DNA of 64,000 bases from an uncultured Chitinophagaceae bacterium (GCA_964367235.1 CAYIXI010000006.1:1269-65268); one strand, 5' to 3'; counted from the first letter of the stretch, positions 31,499-41,587 are shown. The notes: generated from the letters alone by a model not told the origin. Program-made: numbers and translations.

Positions 31499-33597
31499 AG
31501 AATTTCTTTTTTTGATGTTCGAGAGATAATCATCTCAATTAGTGCTAAAAATAAGGCGAAAAACAGGAAATAAATCCATAGTTCAATTCCAATTCTGCTT
31601 TCGTAAATATTATTTGAGATTTTTGTTTCATCGTCAATGAAAATAATATTTTCTTTTTTAATCCCAAGCGAAGTAAATGAATTTAAAATATCTTGCTTTG
31701 ATGAAATCTCTCCTTCGGATTCCTTTTGATTGAGATTATACGAAATAATATTTTCAGTCAAACTATTTTTAATAATATAATTTCCAGGTGTTTTGGTTTT
31801 TGGCAATTGTAATTTTATTGATGAACTAGTTTGTGAGAAATTGCTTAAAATAGTTTCACTTTTATTTGGGGCAATAAAAATAATTTTATTACCATCTGTA
31901 AAATCATTTATTGGTACAGTAACATTTACCTTTTCTCCAACAATTGATTGAGGTATGGGATTATCTTTTTGGGAGATATAAAATAAAATCTGAGAAATGA
32001 GTGGAACGAAAATACCTTTTGTAGAAATATTTGACCAATCTTCATTTGTGCCAACCGCACAAAAAATTAGAATACCTTTTTCAATACTCTTTTCAAATAA
32101 AAAAGATTTATTGTTACTCATTTTTGCAATAGGTCGAACTGATTCTTCGTTTTGTAAAAATGCGTAAGTAATAATTTCTGGGGAATCGAACGATTGATTT
32201 TTATTGCTTTCAAAAATTCCCTGAAAAACAGGATGAGACTTATCCCAATTATTAATTGAAAGCGGTAAATCTGAATTTAAAATTGACAAATCATTTGAGT
32301 TATTAAAAAATGTGCTTGAAATATTTTGTAACGAAGTTATATCGTTCGGTAAAATTAAAACTCCACCACCATTTTTTATAAAATTTAAAATCAAATCATT
32401 TTGGTTTTGCGATAAATCTTTTACTGAGGAATAAATTAAAACATCATTTTTCAATAAAACAGAAGCGGTAAGTTTATTTGGTGTTAAATTGTTATAAGAT
32501 ATTATTTGCAAACTATCTTTTACTGAGAGGATTTTCAATGCGGCATTAAGATAAACATCTTCATTTTCCAATGAATTTAGTACCAAAACAGATATGTTTT
32601 TCTGAATATTTAAATTGAAATAAAATTTATTATCCGCCTCAAGTTCGTCAGTTTCAATTTCAACTCTTCCAATATTTGCGCCACTTTTTTCTGCAATTAT
32701 TTTAAAATCAATTGTTTTAGATGACAACGGTCCGATTTCACAAATTTGTTGCGCAACTCTTTTTTCGTTTATAAAAATAGTTGCAAGTGTGGAAGATTTA
32801 TAATCTCCTAAATTTGAAATTGTTACTTTAGCAGTAAATGGAATATTTGGCTTGAGAATTGATGAGCTGATTTCAACATTCTTTATCCCAACATTTTTGA
32901 ATGATTGATTATTTAACGATGCAAAAAATAACTTTGTGTGATTGGAAAATAAATTCTCCTCTGTTTTAAAATTAAAAACATCACTCAAATTTGATTTTTG
33001 ATTATCTGTAATTACAAAAATCTCTTTATTTGCATTTTGGCTTTTATCCAAAATTGTCGAAGCAAATCTTACCGCATCGTAAATTGTTTTTCGCTCAAAT
33101 ACAGATTGTAAATATCCATTCTCTTTTTTTAAACTCTCAATATTTTTAGAAAACCCAAGATTTAGAGTATCGTTTAAATCTGATAAAGGCAAAATTAAAA
33201 CTTCATCGCCATCTTTCATTGAGTTCAAAATATTATTCGTAAAAACCTTTGCTTGTTCAATAAATTTTCCTTTTTCATTGTAACGAAGCATACTTTGAGA
33301 ATTATCAATTATAATTATTGAAGAGGCGTGAGTATTTGAATTCCAAAGCTGAGAAGTTGACTCAATTGCTGGACGAGAAAATGCTAACGCAATTAGTAAA
33401 ATTATAGCGGTTCGTAAAATTAAAAGCAACCACTGACGAATTTCAATTTTTCTAATTTGTTTAGATTGTAATTCTTTCAAAAACCTTATCGAGCTGAAAT
33501 CAATAATTTTTAATTTTTTTAAATTAAGAAGATGCAGAATAAATGGGATTGACGCGGCGAGAAGTCCAAAAAGCGCAATAGGATTAAGAAATGTCAT
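31495..33597 (-). CDS. BatA-like membrane protein with aerotolerance-type N-terminal anchor and vWA domain (700 aa)
   Basis: N-terminus MTFLNPIALFGLLAASIPFILHL, MIDAS DNSQSM, C-terminal TM helix. Confidence 0.65.
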   Translation of the reverse strand: MTFLNPIALFGLLAASIPFILHLLNLKKLKIIDFSSIRFLKELQSKQIRKIEIRQWLLLILRTAIILLIALAFSRPAIESTSQLWNSNTHASSIIIIDNSQSMLRYNEKGKFIEQAKVFTNNILNSMKDGDEVLILPLSDLNDTLNLGFSKNIESLKKENGYLQSVFERKTIYDAVRFASTILDKSQNANKEIFVITDNQKSNLSDVFNFKTEENLFSNHTKLFFASLNNQSFKNVGIKNVEISSSILKPNIPFTAKVTISNLGDYKSSTLATIFINEKRVAQQICEIGPLSSKTIDFKIIAEKSGANIGRVEIETDELEADNKFYFNLNIQKNISVLVLNSLENEDVYLNAALKILSVKDSLQIISYNNLTPNKLTASVLLKNDVLIYSSVKDLSQNQNDLILNFIKNGGGVLILPNDITSLQNISSTFFNNSNDLSILNSDLPLSINNWDKSHPVFQGIFESNKNQSFDSPEIITYAFLQNEESVRPIAKMSNNKSFLFEKSIEKGILIFCAVGTNEDWSNISTKGIFVPLISQILFYISQKDNPIPQSIVGEKVNVTVPINDFTDGNKIIFIAPNKSETILSNFSQTSSSIKLQLPKTKTPGNYIIKNSLTENIISYNLNQKESEGEISSKQDILNSFTSLGIKKENIIFIDDETKISNNIYESRIGIELWIYFLFFALFLALIEMIISRTSKKEIL

Positions 33598-33618
33598 TCA
33601 ATAAATATAAATATTTTG

Positions 33619-33701
33619 TACCGGGGGGGGGACTCGAACCCCCAATGTCTTACGACGCTAGCTCCTAAGGCTAGTGTGTCTGCCAATTCCACCACCTCGG
33701 C
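33619..33701 (-). tRNA. tRNA-Leu (anticodon TAG), class II with long variable arm
   Basis: Reverse complement reads GCCGAGGTGGTGGAATTGGCAGAC...CTAGC-CTTAGGA-GCTAG...GGGGGTTCGAGTCCCCC..GGTA. Cloverleaf with anticodon loop CTTAGGA, TTCGAGT T-loop, CCA not encoded. Confidence 0.8.
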
Positions 33702-33833
33702 AATTTTTTTGATTGCAGTCAAATATAAAAAAAAATCGATAGAGGTCAAAACATATTAAAATCAATCAATTATTTCTGTTGAATGCTCGCACAAATCTTT
33801 TTAATTTTAGCAAAAGTGAAATGGATTTATTTT

Positions 33834-34847
33834 ATGTCAAATAGCAAAGTAGTTACAATCGAACGCCATATAATAGAAGGCGAGCGAAAACATCCGGGCG
33901 CGACTGGGCATTTTTCAAATGTCTTGCGCGATTTAACTTTAGCAATAAAAATAATTTGGAGAGAAGTTTCCAAAGCTGGGCTTGTTGATATTCTTGGAAC
34001 GACAAATAAAGAAAATGTTCACGGTGAAGTTGTAAAAAAATTAGATGAGTTAGCCGACGAAACAATTTACAAAGCGATGGATCACGGTGGACATCTTTGC
34101 GTAATGGCTTCGGAGGAAAATGAAGATATACTTTTATTGCCGGAAAAATATCCGAAAGGAAAATATGTTTTGCTTTTTGATCCGCTTGATGGCTCATCGA
34201 ACATTGATGCAAATGTTTCAATTGGAACAATTTTTTCTCTTTACCGAAGAGTTTCTGAAAAAGGAAATGGAACGCTGAACGATTGCACCCAACCCGGTTA
34301 CAAACAAATTGCCGCAGGTTATGTTGTTTACGGTTCGAGCACAATGTTTGTTTACACAACAGGCGAAGGTGTTCATGGATTTACACTTGATCCTTCGATT
34401 GGCGAATTTTTACTTTCGCACGAAAATATTAAAATTCCACGAAGAGGAAAAATTTATAGCGTCAACGAGGGCAACTACACTTATTGGTACGATGGCGCAA
34501 AAAAATATATTAAATATCTTCAAGAAGAAAATAAAGAAACCAATCGTCCTTACTCTGGAAGATATATTGGTTCGCTCGTTGCGGATTTTCATCGAACACT
34601 TTTGTACGGCGGAATTTTTCTTTATCCCGGCGACAAAAAAAATAAAAATGGAAAACTAAGATTAATGTACGAAGCAAATCCACTTTCGATGATTGTGGAA
34701 AATGCTGGCGGAAAATCATCAAATGGAAAAAAAAGAATTCTCGAAATTATTCCCGAAAAATTACATCAACGCACTCCACTTTTTATCGGCAGTTATGATG
34801 ATGTAACTGAATGCGAAATGTATGTCTCAAATGATGGAATTGAATAA
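33834..34847 (+). CDS. fbp: Fructose-1,6-bisphosphatase class 1
   Basis: RKHPGATGHFSNVL, DPLDGSSNID and GSYDD motifs. The track ORF starts at 33783; the conserved N-terminus suggests ATG at 33834. Confidence 0.9.
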   Translation: MSNSKVVTIERHIIEGERKHPGATGHFSNVLRDLTLAIKIIWREVSKAGLVDILGTTNKENVHGEVVKKLDELADETIYKAMDHGGHLCVMASEENEDILLLPEKYPKGKYVLLFDPLDGSSNIDANVSIGTIFSLYRRVSEKGNGTLNDCTQPGYKQIAAGYVVYGSSTMFVYTTGEGVHGFTLDPSIGEFLLSHENIKIPRRGKIYSVNEGNYTYWYDGAKKYIKYLQEENKETNRPYSGRYIGSLVADFHRTLLYGGIFLYPGDKKNKNGKLRLMYEANPLSMIVENAGGKSSNGKKRILEIIPEKLHQRTPLFIGSYDDVTECEMYVSNDGIE

Positions 34848-35424
34848 AGTAAATTTTGTAGTAGTTGATGTTGAAACTACCGGATTGTATCCTCAATCGG
34901 AAGCGATTACCGAAATTGCAATGTATAAAATTTGCGATAAAAAAATCGTTGATAAGTGGTGTACACTAATAAATCCCGAAAAATCAATTCCGCTTTTTAT
35001 AACTTTAAAAACTGGAATAAGCGATGCGATGGTTTTTGATAAACCAACGGCAAGCCAAATTGCCCCTAAAATATTGGAGTTTATTGGCGATTCTGTTTTT
35101 GTAGCGCACAATGCAGATTTTGATTTTGGATTTGTCAATTCTGCTTTAAATAAAAGCGGAATTAAAAACCTTACGAATTCAGTCGTTTGCACGGTAAAAT
35201 TAGCAAGAATTTTTTTACCACATCTACCGAAAAAAAATCTCGATTATGTTTCAAATGCTTTCGGAATTAAAACAGAAAATCGTCATCGCGCAGACTCAGA
35301 TGCACATACAACTGCAATTGTTTTGATTAAATTTTTAGATATTTGGGAAAAAGAAAATGGAATAAAAAATCTCGATGAATTTCTAAAATTGCAAAAACAT
35401 CCCGCTACAAGAAAATATTTTTAA
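34822..35424 (+). CDS. DnaQ-like 3'-5' exonuclease (DEDDh family, standalone)
   Basis: Exo I VVVDVETTGL, Exo II FVAHNADFD, Exo III HRADSDA. Start overlaps the fbp 3' end. Confidence 0.8.
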   Translation: MSQMMELNKVNFVVVDVETTGLYPQSEAITEIAMYKICDKKIVDKWCTLINPEKSIPLFITLKTGISDAMVFDKPTASQIAPKILEFIGDSVFVAHNADFDFGFVNSALNKSGIKNLTNSVVCTVKLARIFLPHLPKKNLDYVSNAFGIKTENRHRADSDAHTTAIVLIKFLDIWEKENGIKNLDEFLKLQKHPATRKYF

Positions 35425-36270
35425 TTATTTTAATCGCTTTTCAGCTTTAAGAATCAATTCGCTTGTCGGATATAATTCAACTAATTTTTCAAATTCTAAT
35501 TTTGCTTGTTTCCGGTTGCCTAGTCTTTCGAAACATTGCGCAATCATATATTGCGAATCATCTTTCTTTTCAGAAATTTTAAATTGAAAAACTTTTTTAA
35601 ACGATTCAAGCGCACCTTTGTAATCTTTTAATCCAAATTTAGATTCACCAATCCAATAATAACAATTATCGGCAAAATCTTGTTGCACTTCGCCACTAAG
35701 CAAAGTTTCAAATTGTTCTATTGCGGCTTGTCTATTTCCACTTTTAACTAAGTCAACACTTGCTTGATATTTTTTAATTACTTCAAATGGTGTTTTTCCC
35801 GGAACTAAAGGAACAATCTTTTTGACTTCTACTTTTTTATTTTCGGCTTCAAGTTTTTCAGCTTCCAGTTCGGCTTCTTTTATTCTTCTTTCTTCATCAA
35901 GTTTTTTCGCCTCAGCAATATCAAGCGAATCTTGTATTTGCGCATCTACAACTTCTGTTTCAATTTCCTCAACTGGTTCCTCAATTATAGTTGTTGTGTC
36001 AACTGGTTCCTCAATTATAGTTGTTGTGTCAACTGGTTCAGTCAGAGGTTCTTCACTTTGCAAAGTGTCCTCGTTTATTTCATTAATTTTAATTGGGATG
36101 TCAACAATTTGAGGTATCGTTTGAATTGTATCTTGAGTAATAGTAGAATCAGACAAGATTGTTTCGCCACTTGTAGTTTCTTCTTTTGTTGCACCACCAA
36201 AAAGTCCGCAACCAACAATTGAAAGAGAGAAAACTATAATTGAAAAAATATTTAATATTAAATTTTTCAT
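35425..36270 (-). CDS. TPR lipoprotein with coiled-coil and internal acidic tandem repeat (CpoB/YbgF-like)
   Basis: Lipobox LSIVGC, an EEPVDTTTII x2 repeat, a coiled-coil (EAELEAEKLEAENKK) and C-terminal TPR. Confidence 0.6.
   Translation of the reverse strand: MKNLILNIFSIIVFSLSIVGCGLFGGATKEETTSGETILSDSTITQDTIQTIPQIVDIPIKINEINEDTLQSEEPLTEPVDTTTIIEEPVDTTTIIEEPVEEIETEVVDAQIQDSLDIAEAKKLDEERRIKEAELEAEKLEAENKKVEVKKIVPLVPGKTPFEVIKKYQASVDLVKSGNRQAAIEQFETLLSGEVQQDFADNCYYWIGESKFGLKDYKGALESFKKVFQFKISEKKDDSQYMIAQCFERLGNRKQAKLEFEKLVELYPTSELILKAEKRLK
35971..36040. repeat. Perfect 30-bp tandem direct repeat (2.3 copies) inside the TPR lipoprotein gene, in frame
   Basis: aactggttcctcaattatagttgttgtgtc occurs at 35971-36000 and 36001-36030, followed by a partial copy aactggttca. 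Confidence 0.9.
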
Positions 36271-36336
36271 TTCAAACCTTAAATTTATTTATTACAAATG
36301 TATTGAAACAGTCAGTTAAAATCAAGTTTTGCTCCG

Positions 36337-37149
36337 TTAAGATAAAAGTGATTCTGGGTCTAAATTATTTCCTTCGATACCTTTAAAATACTTAACAGTA
36401 CCAACGGTTAATTCAAAAGTAGAATCGTCATCGCAAACAATTACACCTTTTCTGTGCAACTGCAATGCGCTAACAGTCCACATGTGATTTACTCCTTGCT
36501 CAACTAAATGACTAACCGCGCGCGCTTTTGAGTGACCACTAATTATTATTAAAACTTCTTTTGCATCGAGAATTGTTGCAACACCAACTGTAAGCGCCAT
36601 CTTCGGAACTTTATTTATATCGTTTTCAAAAAATCGTGAATTAGCAATTAGTGTATCGTAAGTTAAAGTTTTAATTCTTGTACGAGATGAAAGCGAAGAG
36701 CCCGGCTCGTTAAATGCAATGTGTCCATCAGGACCGATTCCACCAAGAAAAAGATTTATTCCGCCGACACTTTTTATTTTATCTTCGTATTGTTTGCATT
36801 CAAGTTCGAGATCACTCGCGTTGCCATTTAAAATATTTATATTTTCTTTTGCAATATCCACATGCGAAAAAAAATATTTCCACATAAACGAATGATAACT
36901 TTCAGGATGATCCTCTGGCAAATCAATATATTCATCCATATTAAAAGTAATTACATTTCTGAAAGAAATTAGCCCCGCTTTGTGCATGTTAATTAATTCG
37001 TTGTAAGTTCCGATTGGCGATGCGCCAGTTGGAAGCCCGAGCATAAATGGTTTTGATTGTGTCGGACCGAATGCGCGAATTTTTTTTACAATATACGATG
37101 CCGCCCACTTGCTGACTAAATTATAATTTGGTTGAATTATTACTCTCAT
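36337..37149 (-). CDS. nagB: Glucosamine-6-phosphate deaminase
   Basis: MRVIIQ start, [27 protein letters not shown] motifs. Confidence 0.9.
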   Translation of the reverse strand: MRVIIQPNYNLVSKWAASYIVKKIRAFGPTQSKPFMLGLPTGASPIGTYNELINMHKAGLISFRNVITFNMDEYIDLPEDHPESYHSFMWKYFFSHVDIAKENINILNGNASDLELECKQYEDKIKSVGGINLFLGGIGPDGHIAFNEPGSSLSSRTRIKTLTYDTLIANSRFFENDINKVPKMALTVGVATILDAKEVLIIISGHSKARAVSHLVEQGVNHMWTVSALQLHRKGVIVCDDDSTFELTVGTVKYFKGIEGNNLDPESLLS

Positions 37150-37177
37150 AAATTTTCCTATCTATTTTTTTACGAAT

Positions 37178-38299
37178 TTATCTTTTTGGAATTATTCCAA
37201 TCCCTGGTTTATTTTGTAAAATTATTTTTCCATTTTCAATTTTTGTTCCGTCGAACAAATCGTTTTTAATTAAAAGCGCGCCATCTAAATCTGCCCAATC
37301 AACAAGTGGCGAAAGATGCGACGCGGCAGAAATCGCACAACTTGTTTCAGTCATACAACCGAGCATAATTTTCATATCAAGTGCACGAGCAAGGTCAATC
37401 ATTTTTCGCGCCTCACGCATCCCGGTGCACTTCATCAATTTAATATTTATTCCCGAATAAACCCCTTTCGCTTTCGGAATATCTTTTAATCGTTGCACAC
37501 CTTCGTCGCCAATTATCGGAATCGGGCTTCGTTCAGTTATCCACGCATTTTCATCAATCATCGTTTTGGGTAATGGTTGCTCGACAAAAACAACATTTCT
37601 CTCGGCAAGCCAATTTATCATTTCAAGCGCTTTTTCTTTTTCGCTCCAACCTTGATTTGCATCTGCGGTGATTGGCTTGTCGGTAATTTGCCGAATAACT
37701 TCAATCATACTTTTGTCATTTTCTTTTCCGAGTTTCACTTTTATGATTTTGAAATCGGCAGCATCTTTCATTTTTTCTCGAACAACTTCCGGAGTATCAA
37801 TTCCAATTGTGAAAGTTGTATTTGGTGTTTTATTTTTTTCGAGTCCCCAGATTTTATACCAAGGAAGATTAAAAATTTTTCCGACTAAATCGTGAAGCGC
37901 AATATCGATTGAAGCTTTTGCCGCACAATTTCCGGGAGAAATTAAATCGACATAATTTAAAATTTTTTCTAACTCAAAAGGATTTTCGAATTGTGATAAA
38001 TCAACTTGCGATAAAAATTTTGTTGCGCTTTCGTGCGACTCGCCTAAATATGGTGGCATCGATGCTTCGCCGTATCCAATAAATTCATCAAATGCAATTT
38101 CAGTCAACATCACTGGAGTAGTTTTGCGCGACATCGTTGCAATTGTAAAAGTATGTTTTAATTCTAAAGTGTACGGGCGAAATGAAAGTTGCATTTTTGA
38201 GTTCCTCGAAACATTTTTTGCAAATGCAAAATTATTTAAAAATAATGTACTTGCGCCAAGAGTTGATTTGGCTAAAAATTCGCGTCGTGTATGCTTCAT
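37178..38299 (-). CDS. Enolase-superfamily dipeptide epimerase-like enzyme (MR/MLE family) with twin-arginine signal peptide
   Basis: RREFLAKSTLGA Tat motif; KVKLG metal/acid-base lysine region, DANQGW and GDEG motifs of L-Ala-D/L-Glu epimerase-like enzymes. Confidence 0.75.
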   Translation of the reverse strand: MKHTRREFLAKSTLGASTLFLNNFAFAKNVSRNSKMQLSFRPYTLELKHTFTIATMSRKTTPVMLTEIAFDEFIGYGEASMPPYLGESHESATKFLSQVDLSQFENPFELEKILNYVDLISPGNCAAKASIDIALHDLVGKIFNLPWYKIWGLEKNKTPNTTFTIGIDTPEVVREKMKDAADFKIIKVKLGKENDKSMIEVIRQITDKPITADANQGWSEKEKALEMINWLAERNVVFVEQPLPKTMIDENAWITERSPIPIIGDEGVQRLKDIPKAKGVYSGINIKLMKCTGMREARKMIDLARALDMKIMLGCMTETSCAISAASHLSPLVDWADLDGALLIKNDLFDGTKIENGKIILQNKPGIGIIPKR

Positions 38300-38380
38300 A
38301 CCGAATATTAATTGTAAGTTGTCTTAAAATCAACAGAGATTTTTTGTTGCAGTGCCAATGAGTTTTTTATATTTTGCAAT

Positions 38381-39862
38381 ATGCAATTTACTCGTTCCAG
38401 CGGAATTTTACTTCACCCAACTTCGTTACCAAATAATTTTGGGATTGGAGATTTCGGAAGTAGCGCTTATAAATTTGTAGATTTTCTTTCATCAAGTGGA
38501 TTTACATTTTGGCAATTTTTACCTCTAACTCCAACAGGTTTTGGCGATTCGCCCTATCAAAGTTTTAGTGCTTTTGCAGGAAACAGAAATTTAATTAGCC
38601 CAGAATTACTTTTAAAAAATGATTTTCTTGATAAAAAAGATTTAAAGGATTTACCAAAACTCTCAAACTCGAAGGTTGAATTTTCAAAAGTTAATAATCA
38701 GAAAGAATCTCTTTTAAGAAAATCTTTTCAAAAGAAAATTAAAAGTAAAGAATACAAATTTTTTATTAGTGAAAATGAATTTTGGTTGAATGATTACGCG
38801 CTTTTTATGAGTCTTAAAAAATTTCATAATGGCAGGGCATGGTTTGAATGGGAAAATGATTTTAAAGATTACAATAAAGCAAAAAAACAAAAATTAAATA
38901 GCAACATAAAAAAGGAAATTGAATTTCAAAAATTTGTGCAGTTTCTTTTTTTTAGTCAATGGAGAGAATTGCAAAATTATGCGAAACAAAAAAAAATAAA
39001 ATTTATTGGCGACTTGCCAATTTTTGTAGCACACGATAGCGCCGATGTTTGGGCAAATCAAAAATATTTTACACTTACAAAAAACGGCGCGCTAAAAAAG
39101 AAAGCTGGAGTTCCGCCAGATTATTTTAGTAAAACAGGTCAACTTTGGGGAAACCCACTTTACGATTGGAAAAATTTAGAAAAAAATAATTTCGCTTGGT
39201 GGAAGAAAAGAATTTCACACCTTTTAAAAATGGTTGATATAATTAGAATTGATCACTTTCGCGGATTTGAGGCTTGTTGGGAAATTCCTGGCGACGCAAA
39301 AACTGCAAAGTTTGGTAAATGGAAAAAAACTCCGGGAATTAAATTTTTTAACACTTTAAAAAATAGTTTTACAGATTTACCAATCATCGCTGAAGATTTA
39401 GGATTTATTACTAGCGAAGTTAGAAAATTGCGAGATAGATTTAATTTTCCCGGAATGAGGATTATGCAATTTGCTTTCGGAGTAAAAGGTGAAAAAAAAT
39501 TTCTATCAAAAAATTTTATTGAAAACACAATTGCATACACTGGCACGCACGATAACGATACGACTTGTGGATTTTTTGAAAAAGAAAAAAGAAAAAAATC
39601 TTCAACCTATAAGCATGCAAAAAAATATTTACAAACCGACGATAAAAATTTGTGCAAAGCATTAATTATTGATGCGCTTAAAAGTAGAGCGAGTATCGCA
39701 ATTTTTCCAATGCAAGATATTTTAAATCTCGACTCAAAACATAGAATGAATTTTCCGGGAAAAATAATTGGCAATTGGCAGTGGAGAATGAGTGAAAAAT
39801 TATTAACAGGTAAACTTGCAAAAGAATATCTTAAACTTAATAAAAAATATTTGCGCACTTAA
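38381..39862 (+). CDS. malQ: 4-alpha-glucanotransferase (amylomaltase, GH77)
   Basis: GILLHPTSLP N-terminus, RIDHFRGF, and WVYTGTHDNDT-like block (YTGTHDNDT). Confidence 0.9.
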   Translation: MQFTRSSGILLHPTSLPNNFGIGDFGSSAYKFVDFLSSSGFTFWQFLPLTPTGFGDSPYQSFSAFAGNRNLISPELLLKNDFLDKKDLKDLPKLSNSKVEFSKVNNQKESLLRKSFQKKIKSKEYKFFISENEFWLNDYALFMSLKKFHNGRAWFEWENDFKDYNKAKKQKLNSNIKKEIEFQKFVQFLFFSQWRELQNYAKQKKIKFIGDLPIFVAHDSADVWANQKYFTLTKNGALKKKAGVPPDYFSKTGQLWGNPLYDWKNLEKNNFAWWKKRISHLLKMVDIIRIDHFRGFEACWEIPGDAKTAKFGKWKKTPGIKFFNTLKNSFTDLPIIAEDLGFITSEVRKLRDRFNFPGMRIMQFAFGVKGEKKFLSKNFIENTIAYTGTHDNDTTCGFFEKEKRKKSSTYKHAKKYLQTDDKNLCKALIIDALKSRASIAIFPMQDILNLDSKHRMNFPGKIIGNWQWRMSEKLLTGKLAKEYLKLNKKYLRT

Positions 39863-39902
39863 TAAGTTTGTATAAAAATAAATCGTTTGCTATATTTCGC
39901 TT

Positions 39903-40193
39903 GTGAAAAAAATTATAAAAACATCTTCATATTTAGTTTTCATTTTTACAATTGTCGGTTGTTTAAACTCTTATGGTTTAATGTCGCCGCAAATTGATAA
40001 TAATATTACTCCTAAAAAAATCGGAGTTTCCTCAGCATCTACGATATTTTTTGTTGCAAATCTTGGCGATGCCAGCCTGCAGAGTGCAATTGAAGATGGC
40101 AAAATTAAAAAAATTCATCATGTTGAAAAAAAAGATTCCTATTTTCTTTTCGGTTTGATTTTTGTAACTAAAACCACAGTTTACGGAGAATAG
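39903..40193 (+). CDS. Small lipoprotein (96 aa; possibly TRL-like family)
   Basis: Lipobox IVGC. Low-confidence resemblance to the short Bacteroidetes lipoprotein family. Confidence 0.45.
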   Translation: MKKIIKTSSYLVFIFTIVGCLNSYGLMSPQIDNNITPKKIGVSSASTIFFVANLGDASLQSAIEDGKIKKIHHVEKKDSYFLFGLIFVTKTTVYGE

Positions 40194-40274
40194 TTTTTTT
40201 TGAAAAAAGTAATTTAATTTTTTGAAATTTCTATTATCATATTTTGTAATCACGGAAAATTATTAAATTAAAAA

Positions 40275-41063
40275 ATGACATACATTCGCCTCATTATTAA
40301 ATTCATTTTATTTTTACTCCATAGTTTATTTTTTCTTTTAATTGGATTAGTTCTTCCATTAGCATTTCTTTTTGTTTCAAAAAAAAATAAAAGGAGATTC
40401 CTTTCTTGGCTGACAAAAATTTGGTCAATATCTACATTAAAAATTTTAAATGTAAAAATTTTTGCAGATTTAACTTATTACAATAAAAATGAAACATATT
40501 TGATTGTTGGGAATCATTTAAGTTGGCTTGATGCAGTTATTTTCGGTTCATTTTTTAAAGCGCAATTTATTGCAAAAAAAGAAATTGCAAGTTGGCCGAT
40601 TATTGGTTGGCTATCAAAAATTGGTGGAACAGTTTTTATCGACAGAACAAAAATCACTCAAGGTGTAAAAGTGGCTTCCACACTTGCTAAAACTTTACAA
40701 CTTGGTAGTTCGGTTTTAATTTTTCCAGAATCAAAATCTTCAATCGGCAATAAAGTTTTACCTTTTAAACCATCACTTTTTTTATCTGCAATTGAAGCGG
40801 GAAGTAAAATTTTACCAGTTACACTAGATTTTGGAACTGTTGATGGAAAACCATTCGTAACAGACGAAGATAAAATTAAATTTTCTTATTTCGATGATAT
40901 GACTTTTGCACCGCACTTTTTAAAATTTTTAACATTTAAAAGTTTTACAATGAAATTAATAACTCATTCGCCAATTGAGACAACAACCGGACTTGATGCG
41001 AAAGAATTAGCGCTAAAATCTTTTCAATTAGTTGAAAGCGGAATGGAAAGTTTGAAGAAGTGA
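40275..41063 (+). CDS. plsC: 1-acyl-sn-glycerol-3-phosphate acyltransferase
   Basis: N-terminal TM segment, HxxxxD motif (GNHLSWLD), FPEST-like block (IFPESKSS). Confidence 0.85.
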   Translation: MTYIRLIIKFILFLLHSLFFLLIGLVLPLAFLFVSKKNKRRFLSWLTKIWSISTLKILNVKIFADLTYYNKNETYLIVGNHLSWLDAVIFGSFFKAQFIAKKEIASWPIIGWLSKIGGTVFIDRTKITQGVKVASTLAKTLQLGSSVLIFPESKSSIGNKVLPFKPSLFLSAIEAGSKILPVTLDFGTVDGKPFVTDEDKIKFSYFDDMTFAPHFLKFLTFKSFTMKLITHSPIETTTGLDAKELALKSFQLVESGMESLKK

Positions 41064-41476
41064 AAATATTAGTTTTGATATTTTTATTTTTTGATTTAAT
41101 AATTGGACAAACAAAAATGAAATTAAATCCTCTCTCAAAAGAAGAAGAAAAAGTTATCATTCAAAAATCAACCGAAAGAGCATTTACAGGCAAGTACGAT
41201 AAATTTTTTGAAGAGGGAATTTATATTTGCAAACGATGCGATGCGCCACTTTATAAATCAAACGACAAATTCAATTCTGGGTGCGGCTGGCCAAGTTTTG
41301 ATGATGAAGTTAAAGACGCAATTAAAAGGGAAAATGACGCTGATGGTTTTCGGACGGAAATTCTTTGTTCAAAATGCGGTGCACATTTAGGGCATGTTTT
41401 TATTGGCGAAGCACTTACAAAAAAAAATACTCGCCACTGTGTAAATTCTATTTCTCTTAAATTTATTTCGAAGTAA
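41060..41476 (+). CDS. msrB: Peptide-methionine (R)-S-oxide reductase MsrB (start ambiguous; possible signal peptide)
   Basis: CxxC x2 zinc motifs ([20 protein letters not shown]) and catalytic RHCVN. An alternative start MKLNPLS lies at 41117. Confidence 0.85.
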   Translation: MKILVLIFLFFDLIIGQTKMKLNPLSKEEEKVIIQKSTERAFTGKYDKFFEEGIYICKRCDAPLYKSNDKFNSGCGWPSFDDEVKDAIKRENDADGFRTEILCSKCGAHLGHVFIGEALTKKNTRHCVNSISLKFISK

Positions 41477-41500
41477 TAAATAAAATTGTGGCTTCGATAC

Positions 41501-41538
41501 ATTCGCTCACCGAGTCGAGTCTACGACTTTCAGCGAAT
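41501..41538. terminator. Nested perfect hairpin (ATTCGCT...AGCGAAT with inner GTCG-AGTCTA-CGAC) in the convergent msrB/paaD intergenic region
   Basis: Inverted repeats read directly from the sequence; weak U-tract. Confidence 0.4.
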
Positions 41539-41587
41539 TACTCAGCCACCGATAGTATTATAAAATAAAAATCTTGTTCTCATTCCG

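Noticed and set aside
33598-33782. A possible genomic island or integration site at tRNA-Leu.
   Set aside because: There is no integrase, no direct repeat of the tRNA 3' end, and the flanks are housekeeping genes (hflX/BatA-like and fbp) with uniform composition.
35971-36040. The tandem repeat as a CRISPR array or minisatellite locus.
   Set aside because: Only 2.3 copies, no spacers, and fully inside a reading frame. It is a coding slippage repeat, not CRISPR.
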